In this document: in pieces, positions 1-10,026 of the stretch
Position numbering within the stretch: position 1 is the stretch's first letter
Layout: each line of letters starts with the position of its first letter
From: Bacteroidota bacterium
Lineage (GTDB): Bacteria > Bacteroidota > Bacteroidia > CAILMK01 > JAAYUY01
DNA length: 64,000 nucleotides
Direction of reading: 5' to 3'
NCBI GenBank assembly: GCA_016776505.1
Contig: JADHTG010000010.1
Span: 1,727 to 65,726, forward strand
Translations under genes and position numbers: made by a program
Notes under the pieces: model-generated
What the model saw: only the letters and a program-made list of their open reading frames with translations
Database searches by the model: none
What the model was told of the DNA's origin: nothing

Positions 1-571
1 CTGTTTGGTTGGCAATTCCCCTGATATGATTTTCAAACATGGCTTTGAATATATCTGAAAAAGAATATCCGGAGATTTGCAAGTTTTCTGGATTCATAAT
101 TCCCTCTATCTTTTGAACATAAAGTTGTGCAACCAGTTCAGGATTTAAATTCTCTCGGAACATACCCTGTTTTATTCCCAACTCAATATTCTTTTTTATC
201 CTTTCGGCAATATTCTTCTGACGTTCAGCTTTATTTTCCCTGTTCGATGCTGGAAAATATTTCCTTAAATCATGATTGAATGAGGGATTGAATTCAGACA
301 GTTTTTTGCTAATTAAAAAACTCACCATCAATAATTGATCAATTGCATTTTTATATTCAGTGAAAATTTTATGATATTCTTTTTTCACTTGCTCATGATC
401 ATACAACAAAGTCTGTTCAATCAGGTTTGCTTTGCTACTGACATATTGATACAAGGTTTTTTTTGATATACCTAACTCGCGGCATATGTCATCCATAGAC
501 ACTGAGCGGATTCCGTAAGTCATGAAAATCCGCTTGCATTCTGTCAATATTTCAGAGAATCTTTGATCCAT
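1..571 (-). CDS. TetR/AcrR family transcriptional regulator (5' part; runs off the window start)
   Basis: Reverse-strand translation from the ATG at 569-571 begins MDQRFSEILTECKRIFMTYGIRSVSMDDICRELGISKKTLYQYV, a TetR-type N-terminal HTH, followed by a helical ligand domain. Open frame continues to position 1. Confidence 0.7.
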   Translation of the reverse strand, partial: MDQRFSEILTECKRIFMTYGIRSVSMDDICRELGISKKTLYQYVSSKANLIEQTLLYDHEQVKKEYHKIFTEYKNAIDQLLMVSFLISKKLSEFNPSFNHDLRKYFPASNRENKAERQKNIAERIKKNIELGIKQGMFRENLNPELVAQLYVQKIEGIMNPENLQISGYSFSDIFKAMFENHIRGIANQT

Positions 572-617
572 TAATAGGTCAACATGTTTTTAGCAGGGAA
601 AAAATCAAAAAGAGATT

Positions 618-650
618 ATGGAAACAAAAACAAGGCCATAACGTTTCCAT
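618..650. promoter_or_regulatory. Inverted repeat atggaaac-N17-gtttccat in the divergent TetR / BNR-protein promoter region; candidate operator
   Basis: Perfect 8-bp inverted repeat seen directly, between divergent genes (TetR start 571, BNR protein start 757). Confidence 0.25.
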
Positions 651-756
651 CGTTTATATGCATTATATTAAAATGCAACTTATCCTTTAAGAGAAACCAT
701 TCTAAATCCGTATCTTTGTTAGGCGAAAAGCATTTATCATTTTTAAATTTAACCCG

Positions 757-3700
757 ATGAATTATTTAAAAAGTTTAGGTCAGAACATGGCCTGTTATAT
801 TATCATATTTCTAAGCTCTTTCTTCTTCATTCCAAATAAAGCAATTGCACAAATAGATAATAATCCGCTGATTCCTGGCGATAAAAATTTCTATGAAATT
901 CAACAATATTTTGATACTGAATGGAACAAAGTGGCAAATAAAGAGGATTTAAGAGGTTGGAAACAATATAAGCGCTGGGAATGGTTTATGGAACCGCGGG
1001 TTTATCCAAGCGGAGTGCTTCCAAATCCAATGGCTACTTTTCATGCATTAAATCCAAAACAACCCATACGACCAGATTACAAAAGGAGTAGCGGAAACTG
1101 GACTTCCCTGGGACCAAGTATTTCATCAGGAACAGGCATTGGACGTGTAAATTGTGTTGTTTTTCATCCCAACGATACGAATATCATATGGGTTGGAGCT
1201 CCTTCAGGTGGACTTTGGAAAAGCACTGACGGGGGTGTCAGCTGGACAACCAATACAGATAATTTGCCAGCTATTGGAGTGAGTGACTTGCTTATTCATC
1301 CCACAAATCCAGACATCATGTATTTGGCTTCGAGTGATGGAGATGCCTACGACACCTATAGTTTAGGTGTACTAAAATCGACTGATGGAGGAAGCAGCTG
1401 GAATACCACAGGGCTGAACTGGGATATCGTTTATACCAGGAGTATACGCAAACTGATCATGCATCCAGCAAATCCTGATATTATTCTGGCAGCAACTAAT
1501 GCAGGAATTTATAAAACCACAAATGCAGGAGTTAACTGGACACAGACTCAAAGTGGAGGATTTAAAGATATTGCCTTTAAACCCGGGAATCCAAATGTGG
1601 TTTATGCCACTTCTTATACCGCGTCCTCTTCAGCCGGGGGTAAGTTTTACCGTTCGCTTAATGGTGGAAACAGCTTCTCTGAAATAAGTGGCGATTTTAC
1701 CGGGAAGGCCAACAGGTTAGCCATTGGTGTAACTATTGATGATACTAATTACGTATATGTCGTTGCATCAGAATCCCCATCTTCTAATTATAGCAATCGC
1801 CATGGTTTTTTAGGATTATATCGTTCCACCAATGGTGCTGATTCATTTGTCGAAATGTCAACAAGCCCCAATCTTCTGGGATGGTCTTCAAACGGCAATG
1901 ATTCTAGAGGACAGGGCTGGTATGATCTAACTATAGCAGTATCTCCTCTCAATAAAGCAGAAGTATATGTGGGAGGAGTGAACATTTGGAAATCAACAGA
2001 TGAAGGAGTCAATTGGACATTAAATGCACACTGGACAGGTAGTGGCGGTGCCCCATGGGTTCATGCAGATATACATGACATGCGTTTTCATCCCAATAAT
2101 CCATATGCTCTCTATATTGGCAGCGATGGAGGTATTTTCAGAAGTTTAGATAATGGAAACAGTTATACGGATATTAGCCAAACCTTAGTGATCTCACAAA
2201 TATATCGCTTAGGCATTTCTGCTACCGACAAGAATTTGGTCATGACCGGCCTCCAGGATAATGGATCAAAACTTTACGATCCCGACTGGACCAACGTGTT
2301 AGGCGGTGATGGAATGGAATGCATCATTGATTATTCCAATCCCAGTTATATGTACGGGTCCATCTATTATGGGGATATCAGGAGATCTGCAAACGGGGGA
2401 AATTCCTTCTCCCGGATAAAAAGAAATATTAATGAAACAGGAGGTTGGATAACTCCTTTTATTTTAAACGCAAAAGATCCCAAAATACTGTATGCCGGCT
2501 ATGGAAATTTATGGAGAAATAACAACCGGGGCTATGACGATTGGGTTAAGCTTACGAATTGGGGAAATTCCAAAGTAGTAGCAATTGCAAATTCAAAATC
2601 TGACACCAATGTTTTATATGTGGCTAAATCGACGTCTATGTATAAAACCACCAATAGTGGAACAGACTGGAATTTGATCACTGGTTTGCCAACAGGGAGT
2701 GCATCTATCACATGGATTGAGGTACACCCTGAATATCCAAATATTGTTTATGTTACTTTCAGCGGTTATTCTGCTTCCAATAAAGTTTTTGTTTCTGATA
2801 ACTATGGAGACAGCTGGACTAATATAACCGGAGGACTCCCAAATCTACCTGCCAATTGCATTGTTTACGAGAAAAACTCATACGGTGGAATTTATGTAGG
2901 AACAGATGTTGGAGTGTATTATCGCGACAGTTCCCTTACTGACTGGGTTAGTTACAATGACGGGATCCCAAATACCATAGTTAGCGATTTGGATATATAC
3001 TATGATGCAACGGATAATTCAAAAAGCAGGATTCGTGCAGCCACTTATGGACGGGGACTATTCGAATCAGAATTATATTACCCTCTTTCAACGCCTCCTG
3101 TGTCTTCATTTGACGCTCCAAAAACGACCATTTGTGAAGGTTATTCCATGACATTTGCAAACACATCTGTTTATTCACTTAGCTTTAAGTGGTATTTCCC
3201 CGGAGGCGTTCCTGCAACATCAACAGAAAGGACACCACGAGTTCATTATCCCAATGCAGGAACCTACGATGTCATTCTAGTCGCTTACAATGATTTTGGG
3301 ATGGATTCTTTATTTAAGGACGATTACATTACAGTTGATCAAAATATAGAATGTGCTTATGTAATGTCAGCTGATGTAACCGGAGAAATTTACACTTCCT
3401 GTACAGGAAGATTATTTGATCCCGGAGAAAACAATAATTACAGCAGCAACTTAAATACCTATGCCACCATTGCACCCACTGGTTCTAACGGTGTAATTCT
3501 TGAGTTTGTATCCTTTGAAACTGAAAGAAATTATGACTTTCTTGACATTTACGATGGTCCGAAAATATCTTCGCCACTTATAGGGAATTATTCAGGTTCA
3601 GCCCTTCCCGGACAGGGAATTATTGTTTCAACGGACACTGCAATAACGTTGCGTTTCAGGAGTGATGCCCTTAACAACCAGCCAGGCTTTGAACTCACCT

Positions 3701-5094
3701 GGAGATGCTTAAGAACAGGAGAACCACCCTATGCATATTTCAATCCATCAGACAATTATTCCTGTACTGGAGAAGTTTCATTTACTGACAGATCTTTGAA
3801 TAATCCCCTATCCTGGAAATGGTATTTTGGCGATGGCTCCACTTCAACTGATCAAAATCCAGTGCATCATTATTCTCAAACAGGTTTGTATAATGTCAGC
3901 CTTGTTTCAAGCAATGCTGGTGGATCTGATAGTTTTACATTTAAAAACATCCTGATTGAAATACCTGATGCTCCTATATCAATACCTGATTTAAGGTGTG
4001 GAGCCGGTCAGCTAACTCTATTAGCTGAAGGTGAAGGAAATATGATCTGGCTGGAAAATGAAAGCGATTCAATTCCTATTGCTACCGGCCATTCATTCAC
4101 AACTCCTGTATTATCCTCCTCAAAAACCTATTACCTTAGATCTTTAACTCCTGGAAATTCCTATTTTGGTGGACCTTACAGCAATACCATCGGTGGTGGT
4201 GGTTATTTTAACGGAACCCAGGGCCTGGTTTTTAACGCGCATAAAAAGATTTTACTCAAAGCTGTCAGGGTATTTGCATCTGGCGATGGTATGCGACAAA
4301 TTATTTTAAAAGACAGCCTGGATAATACAGTATATGATACGAATATAAATATCAATCATGGCGATCATTATGTAAATCTTAATTTTAAAATAGAAAAGGG
4401 TAACAATTACACCCTTTCAACAACAAATTCAGCACTTTACAGGAATAATTCCGGAGTTTCCTATCCCTATTTTATCGAAGACCTTGTTACTATACAAACC
4501 AGCACTGCAGGTGACAATTATTATTATTTCTATTACGACTGGGAAATAAAAGAAGTGGACGTTTGCATAAGTCCAGCAGTAGCCGTAGAAGCACGGGTTG
4601 ATCATAACATGCCACAGTCAGATTTCAATTACTCAGATTCAGGATTGTATGTTCATTTCAATCATCTGACGACTGATGCCGCTCATTATTATTGGGACTT
4701 TGGCGACGGGAATACATCTGAAGAAGAAAACCCATCTCATAAATATGCTGACGGAGGGAATTACATGGTAAAACTGCTCATCGAAAATGGATGTGGTAAA
4801 GATTCCACAACTAAAACATTGATGATCACAAATTCTCTCGAGGAAGACAAAAAAGTCAAATTCAATCTATATCCCAATCCTAATACGGGTTCTTTTCAAT
4901 TGGATTATGCCGGACCTGAATTGATACATATAAAAGTGTTGGATGTCAGCGGACATATTGTTTATGAATACCTGGGGATCAATGGCTTAATTAACAAAAC
5001 TATCCATATAAACCTGAAAGCACCAGCGGGCATGTATTTTGTCCATTTGCTAAACAAGGAAGGAGCTCTTGTTCAGAAAGTATTTATACAATAA
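757..5094 (+). CDS. Large secreted T9SS cargo protein: N-terminal BNR/Asp-box (sortilin/Ycf48-like) beta-propeller repeats, PKD domains, CUB domain, C-terminal Por/T9SS sorting domain
   Basis: Signal-peptide-like N-terminus. Repeated SxDxGxxW motifs (WKSTDGGVSW, LKSTDGGSSW, YKTTNAGVNW, WKSTDEGVNW). PKD-like segments (WKWYFGDGSTSTDQNPVHHY, YWDFGDGNTSEEENPSHKY). CUB-like block (GVILEFVSFETERNYDFLDIYDG...GFELTWRC). C-terminal KFNLYPNPNTGSFQLDY...GMYFVHL. Confidence 0.8.
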   Translation: MNYLKSLGQNMACYIIIFLSSFFFIPNKAIAQIDNNPLIPGDKNFYEIQQYFDTEWNKVANKEDLRGWKQYKRWEWFMEPRVYPSGVLPNPMATFHALNPKQPIRPDYKRSSGNWTSLGPSISSGTGIGRVNCVVFHPNDTNIIWVGAPSGGLWKSTDGGVSWTTNTDNLPAIGVSDLLIHPTNPDIMYLASSDGDAYDTYSLGVLKSTDGGSSWNTTGLNWDIVYTRSIRKLIMHPANPDIILAATNAGIYKTTNAGVNWTQTQSGGFKDIAFKPGNPNVVYATSYTASSSAGGKFYRSLNGGNSFSEISGDFTGKANRLAIGVTIDDTNYVYVVASESPSSNYSNRHGFLGLYRSTNGADSFVEMSTSPNLLGWSSNGNDSRGQGWYDLTIAVSPLNKAEVYVGGVNIWKSTDEGVNWTLNAHWTGSGGAPWVHADIHDMRFHPNNPYALYIGSDGGIFRSLDNGNSYTDISQTLVISQIYRLGISATDKNLVMTGLQDNGSKLYDPDWTNVLGGDGMECIIDYSNPSYMYGSIYYGDIRRSANGGNSFSRIKRNINETGGWITPFILNAKDPKILYAGYGNLWRNNNRGYDDWVKLTNWGNSKVVAIANSKSDTNVLYVAKSTSMYKTTNSGTDWNLITGLPTGSASITWIEVHPEYPNIVYVTFSGYSASNKVFVSDNYGDSWTNITGGLPNLPANCIVYEKNSYGGIYVGTDVGVYYRDSSLTDWVSYNDGIPNTIVSDLDIYYDATDNSKSRIRAATYGRGLFESELYYPLSTPPVSSFDAPKTTICEGYSMTFANTSVYSLSFKWYFPGGVPATSTERTPRVHYPNAGTYDVILVAYNDFGMDSLFKDDYITVDQNIECAYVMSADVTGEIYTSCTGRLFDPGENNNYSSNLNTYATIAPTGSNGVILEFVSFETERNYDFLDIYDGPKISSPLIGNYSGSALPGQGIIVSTDTAITLRFRSDALNNQPGFELTWRCLRTGEPPYAYFNPSDNYSCTGEVSFTDRSLNNPLSWKWYFGDGSTSTDQNPVHHYSQTGLYNVSLVSSNAGGSDSFTFKNILIEIPDAPISIPDLRCGAGQLTLLAEGEGNMIWLENESDSIPIATGHSFTTPVLSSSKTYYLRSLTPGNSYFGGPYSNTIGGGGYFNGTQGLVFNAHKKILLKAVRVFASGDGMRQIILKDSLDNTVYDTNININHGDHYVNLNFKIEKGNNYTLSTTNSALYRNNSGVSYPYFIEDLVTIQTSTAGDNYYYFYYDWEIKEVDVCISPAVAVEARVDHNMPQSDFNYSDSGLYVHFNHLTTDAAHYYWDFGDGNTSEEENPSHKYADGGNYMVKLLIENGCGKDSTTKTLMITNSLEEDKKVKFNLYPNPNTGSFQLDYAGPELIHIKVLDVSGHIVYEYLGINGLINKTIHINLKAPAGMYFVHLLNKEGALVQKVFIQ

Positions 5095-5114
5095 AGCAAT
5101 TTTATTGTTATCGT

Positions 5115-5873
5115 ATGCAGATTGTCTCCTATAACGTAAATGGTATCCGGGCAGCCATCAATAAGGGATTGATTAGTTTTCTGAAAGAAAGTAATTCCGA
5201 TATTGTATGCTTTCAGGAACTTAAGGCCCATCCTGAACAATTTGATCTAAGCCAATTTGAAGATCTGGGCTACCAGTGTTTCTGGTTTCCTGCACAAAAA
5301 AAAGGCTACAGTGGAGTGGGATTGCTTTCCAAATCAAAACCTGATCGGGTTGTTGTGGGATGCGGAGAAGCAAAATACGATTATGAAGGCAGAATATTAA
5401 GAGCTGATTTTGGAGACTTGTCCCAACTATCCGTTTACTTTCCTTCGGGCTCCAGTGGTGATGATCGCCAGGCTTTCAAAATGGAATTTCTTGAATTCTT
5501 TTACACCTACATTGAAAATCTGGTCAAAAAAAGGCCTAAACTAATTATTTCCGGAGATTACAATATTTGCCATGAAGCAATCGATATTCATGATCCCATC
5601 CGGAATGCAAAAAGTTCCGGTTTTTTACCCGAAGAGAGAATGTGGATGTCTGACTTTATTGAATTAGGCTTTACAGACAGCTTTAGATTCAAAAATCCAT
5701 CCATTGCAAAATATTCCTGGTGGTCTTACCGGGCAAATGCACGGACTAATAACAAAGGCTGGCGTATCGATTATAATATGGTGTCAGCTGCCCTGAAAGA
5801 TCAAATCAAACAATCAGAAATCTGGAATGATGTGCATCAATCGGATCATTGTCCCGTTTTTATAGAATTGTAA
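5115..5873 (+). CDS. xth: Exodeoxyribonuclease III (AP endonuclease)
   Basis: MQIVSYNVNGIRAA...CFQELKA...SDHCPV, the canonical ExoIII/EEP family signature. Starts 20 bp after the preceding stop. Confidence 0.9.
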   Translation: MQIVSYNVNGIRAAINKGLISFLKESNSDIVCFQELKAHPEQFDLSQFEDLGYQCFWFPAQKKGYSGVGLLSKSKPDRVVVGCGEAKYDYEGRILRADFGDLSQLSVYFPSGSSGDDRQAFKMEFLEFFYTYIENLVKKRPKLIISGDYNICHEAIDIHDPIRNAKSSGFLPEERMWMSDFIELGFTDSFRFKNPSIAKYSWWSYRANARTNNKGWRIDYNMVSAALKDQIKQSEIWNDVHQSDHCPVFIEL

Positions 5874-5969
5874 TGCAGCTTGTCTTGCAAGAATGATTAA
5901 AAGCGAAACCATTTGAAAAGGCAAACAAAAGCAGAAACAGGGATGCTTGGGTTACAATAAAAAGGGAAG

Positions 5970-7805
5970 CTACTCAACAGTAACGGATTTGGCCAGATTC
6001 CTTGGCTGATCGACATTGCAGCCACGCAATACAGCCATGTGATAAGCCAATAACTGCAAGGGTATAACTGAGATCATGGGTGAAAAGATCTCTTCTGTTT
6101 CAGGAATCTCAATCACATAGTCTGACACTTCGCTGATCACTTTATCTCCTTTGTTCACAATGGCAATAATGATCCCTTTTCGCGCTTTTACTTCCTGAAT
6201 ATTGGAGAGTACCTTGTCGTATATTGTTTTATTCGTAGCTATCACTACTACAGGCATATTTTTATCTATCAGGGCAATGGGACCATGTTTCATTTCTGCA
6301 GCCGGATAGCCTTCTGCATGAATGTAGGAGATCTCTTTTAATTTCAAAGCACCCTCGAGTGCAACAGGAAAGTTCAAACCACGTCCCAGGTAAAGAAAAT
6401 TCTTCCTGTTTTTAAAGATTTCTGCCAGTTCTTTGATTTTATCCTGGCTTTTAAGCACTTCTTTTATTTTATCCGGAATGGTGCTAAACTCCTGAATGTA
6501 TTCATGAAATCGTGTATTGGTTATCGTCCCTTTAATTTTTGCCCACTGCAAAGCCAATAAGTTTAATACAACCAGTTGGGATGTAAAAGCTTTGGTGGAT
6601 GCCACGCCAATTTCAGGTCCTGCATGTGTATAAATGCCTGCATTTGTCACTCTTGCTATAGTAGAACCCACCACATTACAGATGCCAAATACGGCTGGTA
6701 TTTTTTGTTTTGCCAATTCAATTGCAGCAAGTGTATCTGCCGTTTCTCCGGATTGAGAGATGGCAATTAATAAATCATCCTCATAAATTACCGGATTGCG
6801 ATACCTGAATTCTGATCCATACTCCACTTCAACAGGAATACGAGCCAATTCTTCAATCAGGTATTCACCAATGAGGGCAGCATGCCAGGATGTACCACAG
6901 GCGGTAATTACAACTCGCTTAATGTGACTTAGTTTGTTGATGTAATCCTGAATTCCACCTAAACGAATTTCTCCCTTCTCCAGGTTTAATCTTCCTCTGA
7001 ATGTATCCCTGACCGAGTTGGGTTGCTCATGGATTTCCTTTAGCATAAAATGTTCGAAGCCTCCTTTTTCCAATGCTTCAAGATTCATTTCCAGTTCCTG
7101 AATATAGGGAGTTTGAACTTTATTTTCTATGGTTTTTAATGAAAAGGAATCACGTTTGATGATAGCCATATTTTCATCATTCATGTAAATCACATTCCTG
7201 GTATACTCCACAATGGGTGTGGCATCCGATGCAAGAAAATATTCGCCTTCACCCAAACCAATAACCAAAGGACTTCCTTTTCGTGCTGCAATGAGCATAT
7301 CAGGCTCAGATTTAGCCAACACCACAATTGCATATGCACCCACCACTTTATTTAATGCTAAACGAACTGCTTCATCCAGGCTGATGTTCTCATTCCTTAA
7401 TATATCTTCAATCAGGTGAACCAATACTTCCGTATCTGTATCGCTATTGAATGTATGACCTCTTTTTTTAAGCTCCATTTTTAAGACATCATAATTCTCT
7501 ATGATTCCATTATGGATTAAAGCAATATTCTTGTTTTCCGAGAGGTGGGGATGGGCATTTTCATTATTTGGTTCCCCGTGTGTTGCCCATCGTGTATGTC
7601 CTATTCCAATGTTCCCATGTGTTTCTTTGCCTTGAATAAACGTTTCCAGTGATTTTACTTTACCGGCAATTTTAAATACGTGAAGATCATTATTCAACAT
7701 TGCAATTCCGGCACTGTCATAGCCTCTGTATTCCAATCTTTGCAGACCCTTCATTAATATCGGGCAGGCATCTTTATCACCTATATAAGCAACAATTCCA
7801 CACAT
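5970..7805 (-). CDS. glmS: Glutamine--fructose-6-phosphate aminotransferase (isomerising)
   Basis: N-terminal MCGIVAYIG (class-II amidotransferase Cys2), two SIS domains, C-terminal ...AKSVTVE. Confidence 0.95.
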   Translation of the reverse strand: MCGIVAYIGDKDACPILMKGLQRLEYRGYDSAGIAMLNNDLHVFKIAGKVKSLETFIQGKETHGNIGIGHTRWATHGEPNNENAHPHLSENKNIALIHNGIIENYDVLKMELKKRGHTFNSDTDTEVLVHLIEDILRNENISLDEAVRLALNKVVGAYAIVVLAKSEPDMLIAARKGSPLVIGLGEGEYFLASDATPIVEYTRNVIYMNDENMAIIKRDSFSLKTIENKVQTPYIQELEMNLEALEKGGFEHFMLKEIHEQPNSVRDTFRGRLNLEKGEIRLGGIQDYINKLSHIKRVVITACGTSWHAALIGEYLIEELARIPVEVEYGSEFRYRNPVIYEDDLLIAISQSGETADTLAAIELAKQKIPAVFGICNVVGSTIARVTNAGIYTHAGPEIGVASTKAFTSQLVVLNLLALQWAKIKGTITNTRFHEYIQEFSTIPDKIKEVLKSQDKIKELAEIFKNRKNFLYLGRGLNFPVALEGALKLKEISYIHAEGYPAAEMKHGPIALIDKNMPVVVIATNKTIYDKVLSNIQEVKARKGIIIAIVNKGDKVISEVSDYVIEIPETEEIFSPMISVIPLQLLAYHMAVLRGCNVDQPRNLAKSVTVE

Positions 7806-7825
7806 AATTTAATTTTAATTAATAT

Positions 7826-9130
7826 TTACTTCAGCTTGGTATAAGAAAGTTTCAGGATGGCAGATAAAGTATCCTGATTTGCTCGTAATACCAATGGATC
7901 GGCAGCAATCGGGTTGTCAGATGGTAAAATCAGGTTCAGATCAAAGGAACTAACATAATTTTTATCATTATAATAATGAACTAACTCCTGTTGTATATAA
8001 CGGGTAATAACAAGGTTGTATGAGCCCGTTTCCGGATTGTATATACCATCAAAATAATCCTCATATCTGTCAATAATTATATAATTTATGTTGTCTTTGT
8101 TGGTTTTCAACAATAGCAGAGTGGAGGGAATTTTTGACAAATAACTAAGTGACAGATCAGGTTTCAAAATAAGCTCAGCCCGGTTTACAGCATATAAATT
8201 ATTTTCAGACAGCTTCCTCAGATAAGAACTTATGTCAAGCCTTACTTTGCTTCCCGCTAATGGTTTTATATATACCTTATCATAAAGTTGTGTTGGATTG
8301 TCTATTTGTTCCTCTAAAACAGTTCCGGTCAAATCATGCTGGAATGTATTTATTCTTGCACACTCATTATTAATCTGGAAAATTGCTGACAGGGTATCTG
8401 TATCATTCCTGAAGTAAAGTGTCATATTGGATGAGTCATCTTCCAGGTTAAAGTAAATGATTGATCCGGTAGGGCTTATTTGTTCCGGAATTATTCCAAT
8501 GCCATTCAACACTTCATAAAAATCGTCATCATCAGATAACTGCGCCGTGCTGGCGTTCATAATTCGTAAACCAAGCTCTTCAGTTAGGACAATTCGAATT
8601 ACATCAGCATCCGAAGGTTTAGGTCTTCCTTCCCATGATCCAATAAGGCTTGGTTTGGTGTCGAAAGTGGCTGTTGAATAGTAAGCACTGTCCCGATAGA
8701 CTCTTTCGTTCAGTTCATGCACATTAAACTTCAGGGGATCATTTAACCAGCCAAAATAGCCATCTGCTGATGAATATTTAAGATACAGCACAAGCGAATC
8801 AAAAACCGGGTTGGTACCTAATTCAATATCATTTGCAGGCAGGCGAATATCAGCAATAACGGATGCGGTTACTTTCCCAAATGTTAAATCCTGGTAAACT
8901 CCAATCAGGTTTTTAGTGAATTCATCACTTCTGATAGAATCTTCCCTGATTGTTCTGAGTTGGATAACAGAATCTGACTGGCTAAATTCAAATGTGTTAT
9001 CATTGCGGTTGGTATTGAATTCCACAGAATCATTTGGATCGCAAGAGCAGACAATAAATAAAAGTGTAGCTAAAATTAAACCAGGGAAACGGAAACCGTA
9101 CTTAACTAATAAGCTCAAAATATTTGTCAT
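7826..9130 (-). CDS. Hypothetical lipoprotein, DUF4270-like (conserved Bacteroidota neighbour of glgA-like and panC)
   Basis: ORF 7826..9163. A likely start at the internal Met gives a lipoprotein-type signal peptide ...LILATLLFIVCSC. No catalytic motif recognised. Family assignment rests on synteny recalled from memory. Confidence 0.45.
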   Translation of the reverse strand: MTNILSLLVKYGFRFPGLILATLLFIVCSCDPNDSVEFNTNRNDNTFEFSQSDSVIQLRTIREDSIRSDEFTKNLIGVYQDLTFGKVTASVIADIRLPANDIELGTNPVFDSLVLYLKYSSADGYFGWLNDPLKFNVHELNERVYRDSAYYSTATFDTKPSLIGSWEGRPKPSDADVIRIVLTEELGLRIMNASTAQLSDDDDFYEVLNGIGIIPEQISPTGSIIYFNLEDDSSNMTLYFRNDTDTLSAIFQINNECARINTFQHDLTGTVLEEQIDNPTQLYDKVYIKPLAGSKVRLDISSYLRKLSENNLYAVNRAELILKPDLSLSYLSKIPSTLLLLKTNKDNINYIIIDRYEDYFDGIYNPETGSYNLVITRYIQQELVHYYNDKNYVSSFDLNLILPSDNPIAADPLVLRANQDTLSAILKLSYTKLK

Positions 9131-9899
9131 AGAATGAATCACCTTTATTTTTCCGAATGTCAAGTATTGGTTTTTTCAACGTTTTGACAAAATCATCTGT
9201 TTCCTTCTCAATATCATCCGCACTAATCACCACAATATCCGAGAAAGATGATCCACTTTTATACAGATCAGATACCTTTGGATTGTCCAGGTAATCAAAG
9301 TTGCCATCGGGAAACTTCAGATGAGATTTCTTTACAAAATCAGCGCCAAGTTTATTGTCCAGGCTATTACTATAAATTGATGAAATGAGTTTTACTTTTT
9401 TCAAAGATGGCTCACTGCTGAAAATAGTCCTTGCATAGGTCGGTACCAGTCCGCTTAACCATCCCTGACAATGAATTACATCAGGCATCCAACCCAGTTT
9501 TATCAACAACTCGAGAACCCCTTTATTATAAAAAATCGCCCGCTCATCATTATCTTCAAAAAACTTCCCATTGTCATCGTGGAAGAAATTCTTCCTCATA
9601 AAGAAATCTTCATTATCCAGGAAATAAACCTGTATTTTAGCTGTTTGCAGGGAGGCCACCTTAATAATTAAAGGATTATTATTTCTTCCCACAGTAATGT
9701 TTAAACCGGACAGCCTGATAACTTCATGAAGCCGGTGTTTCCTTTCTTTAATGTGTCCAAATTTGGGCATAAAAACCCGGATTTCCGCACCTCTTTTTTG
9801 AAGATTTAACGCCAGGTCCCGGAGGAAAATCGCCTGGTCGGTTAAATCCGTATATGGAGCCATTTCATGGCATACAATCAATATTTTTTGATTCGTCAT
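9102..9899 (-). CDS. Short glycogen/starch-synthase-like protein (GT5 N-terminal-domain-only type common in Bacteroidota)
   Basis: MTNQKILIVCHEMAPYTDLTDQAIFLRDLALNLQKRGAEIRVFMPKFG... resembles the GlgA N-terminal domain. Divergent from panC. Confidence 0.7.
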   Translation of the reverse strand: MTNQKILIVCHEMAPYTDLTDQAIFLRDLALNLQKRGAEIRVFMPKFGHIKERKHRLHEVIRLSGLNITVGRNNNPLIIKVASLQTAKIQVYFLDNEDFFMRKNFFHDDNGKFFEDNDERAIFYNKGVLELLIKLGWMPDVIHCQGWLSGLVPTYARTIFSSEPSLKKVKLISSIYSNSLDNKLGADFVKKSHLKFPDGNFDYLDNPKVSDLYKSGSSFSDIVVISADDIEKETDDFVKTLKKPILDIRKNKGDSFYDKYFELIS

Positions 9900-10026
9900 A
9901 ATTGTTAGTCTTCTCCTAAATCAACTGATTCTTTAATAAGCTACAAATTTAGGGAATTTTAATGAAATTATCATTAAAGCGCTTAGCTTTGATCATTGTT
10001 TAACATTCAATTCTAATCATTTAGCA

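Noticed and set aside
1499-2012. Small ORFs nested or antisense within large genes (e.g. 1499-1687, 1788-2012, 6576-6770, 42703-42978, 43738-44094 and the many others in the six-frame track)
   Set aside because: Each is fully contained within a well-supported longer CDS on the same or opposite strand, and each has low-complexity composition. They are treated as frame artefacts.
5874-5969. Possible glmS ribozyme or structured RNA near glmS
   Set aside because: The glmS ribozyme is a 5'-UTR element of mainly Firmicutes. Here the glmS 5' end abuts the next gene (21-bp gap), and the 3' gap shows only a short AT palindrome.
9976-9994. Short palindrome ttaatgaaattatcattaa in the divergent glgA-like / panC promoter
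   Set aside because: AT-only palindromes of this length occur by chance at appreciable frequency in approximately 37% GC DNA. It was not considered strong enough to call a feature.
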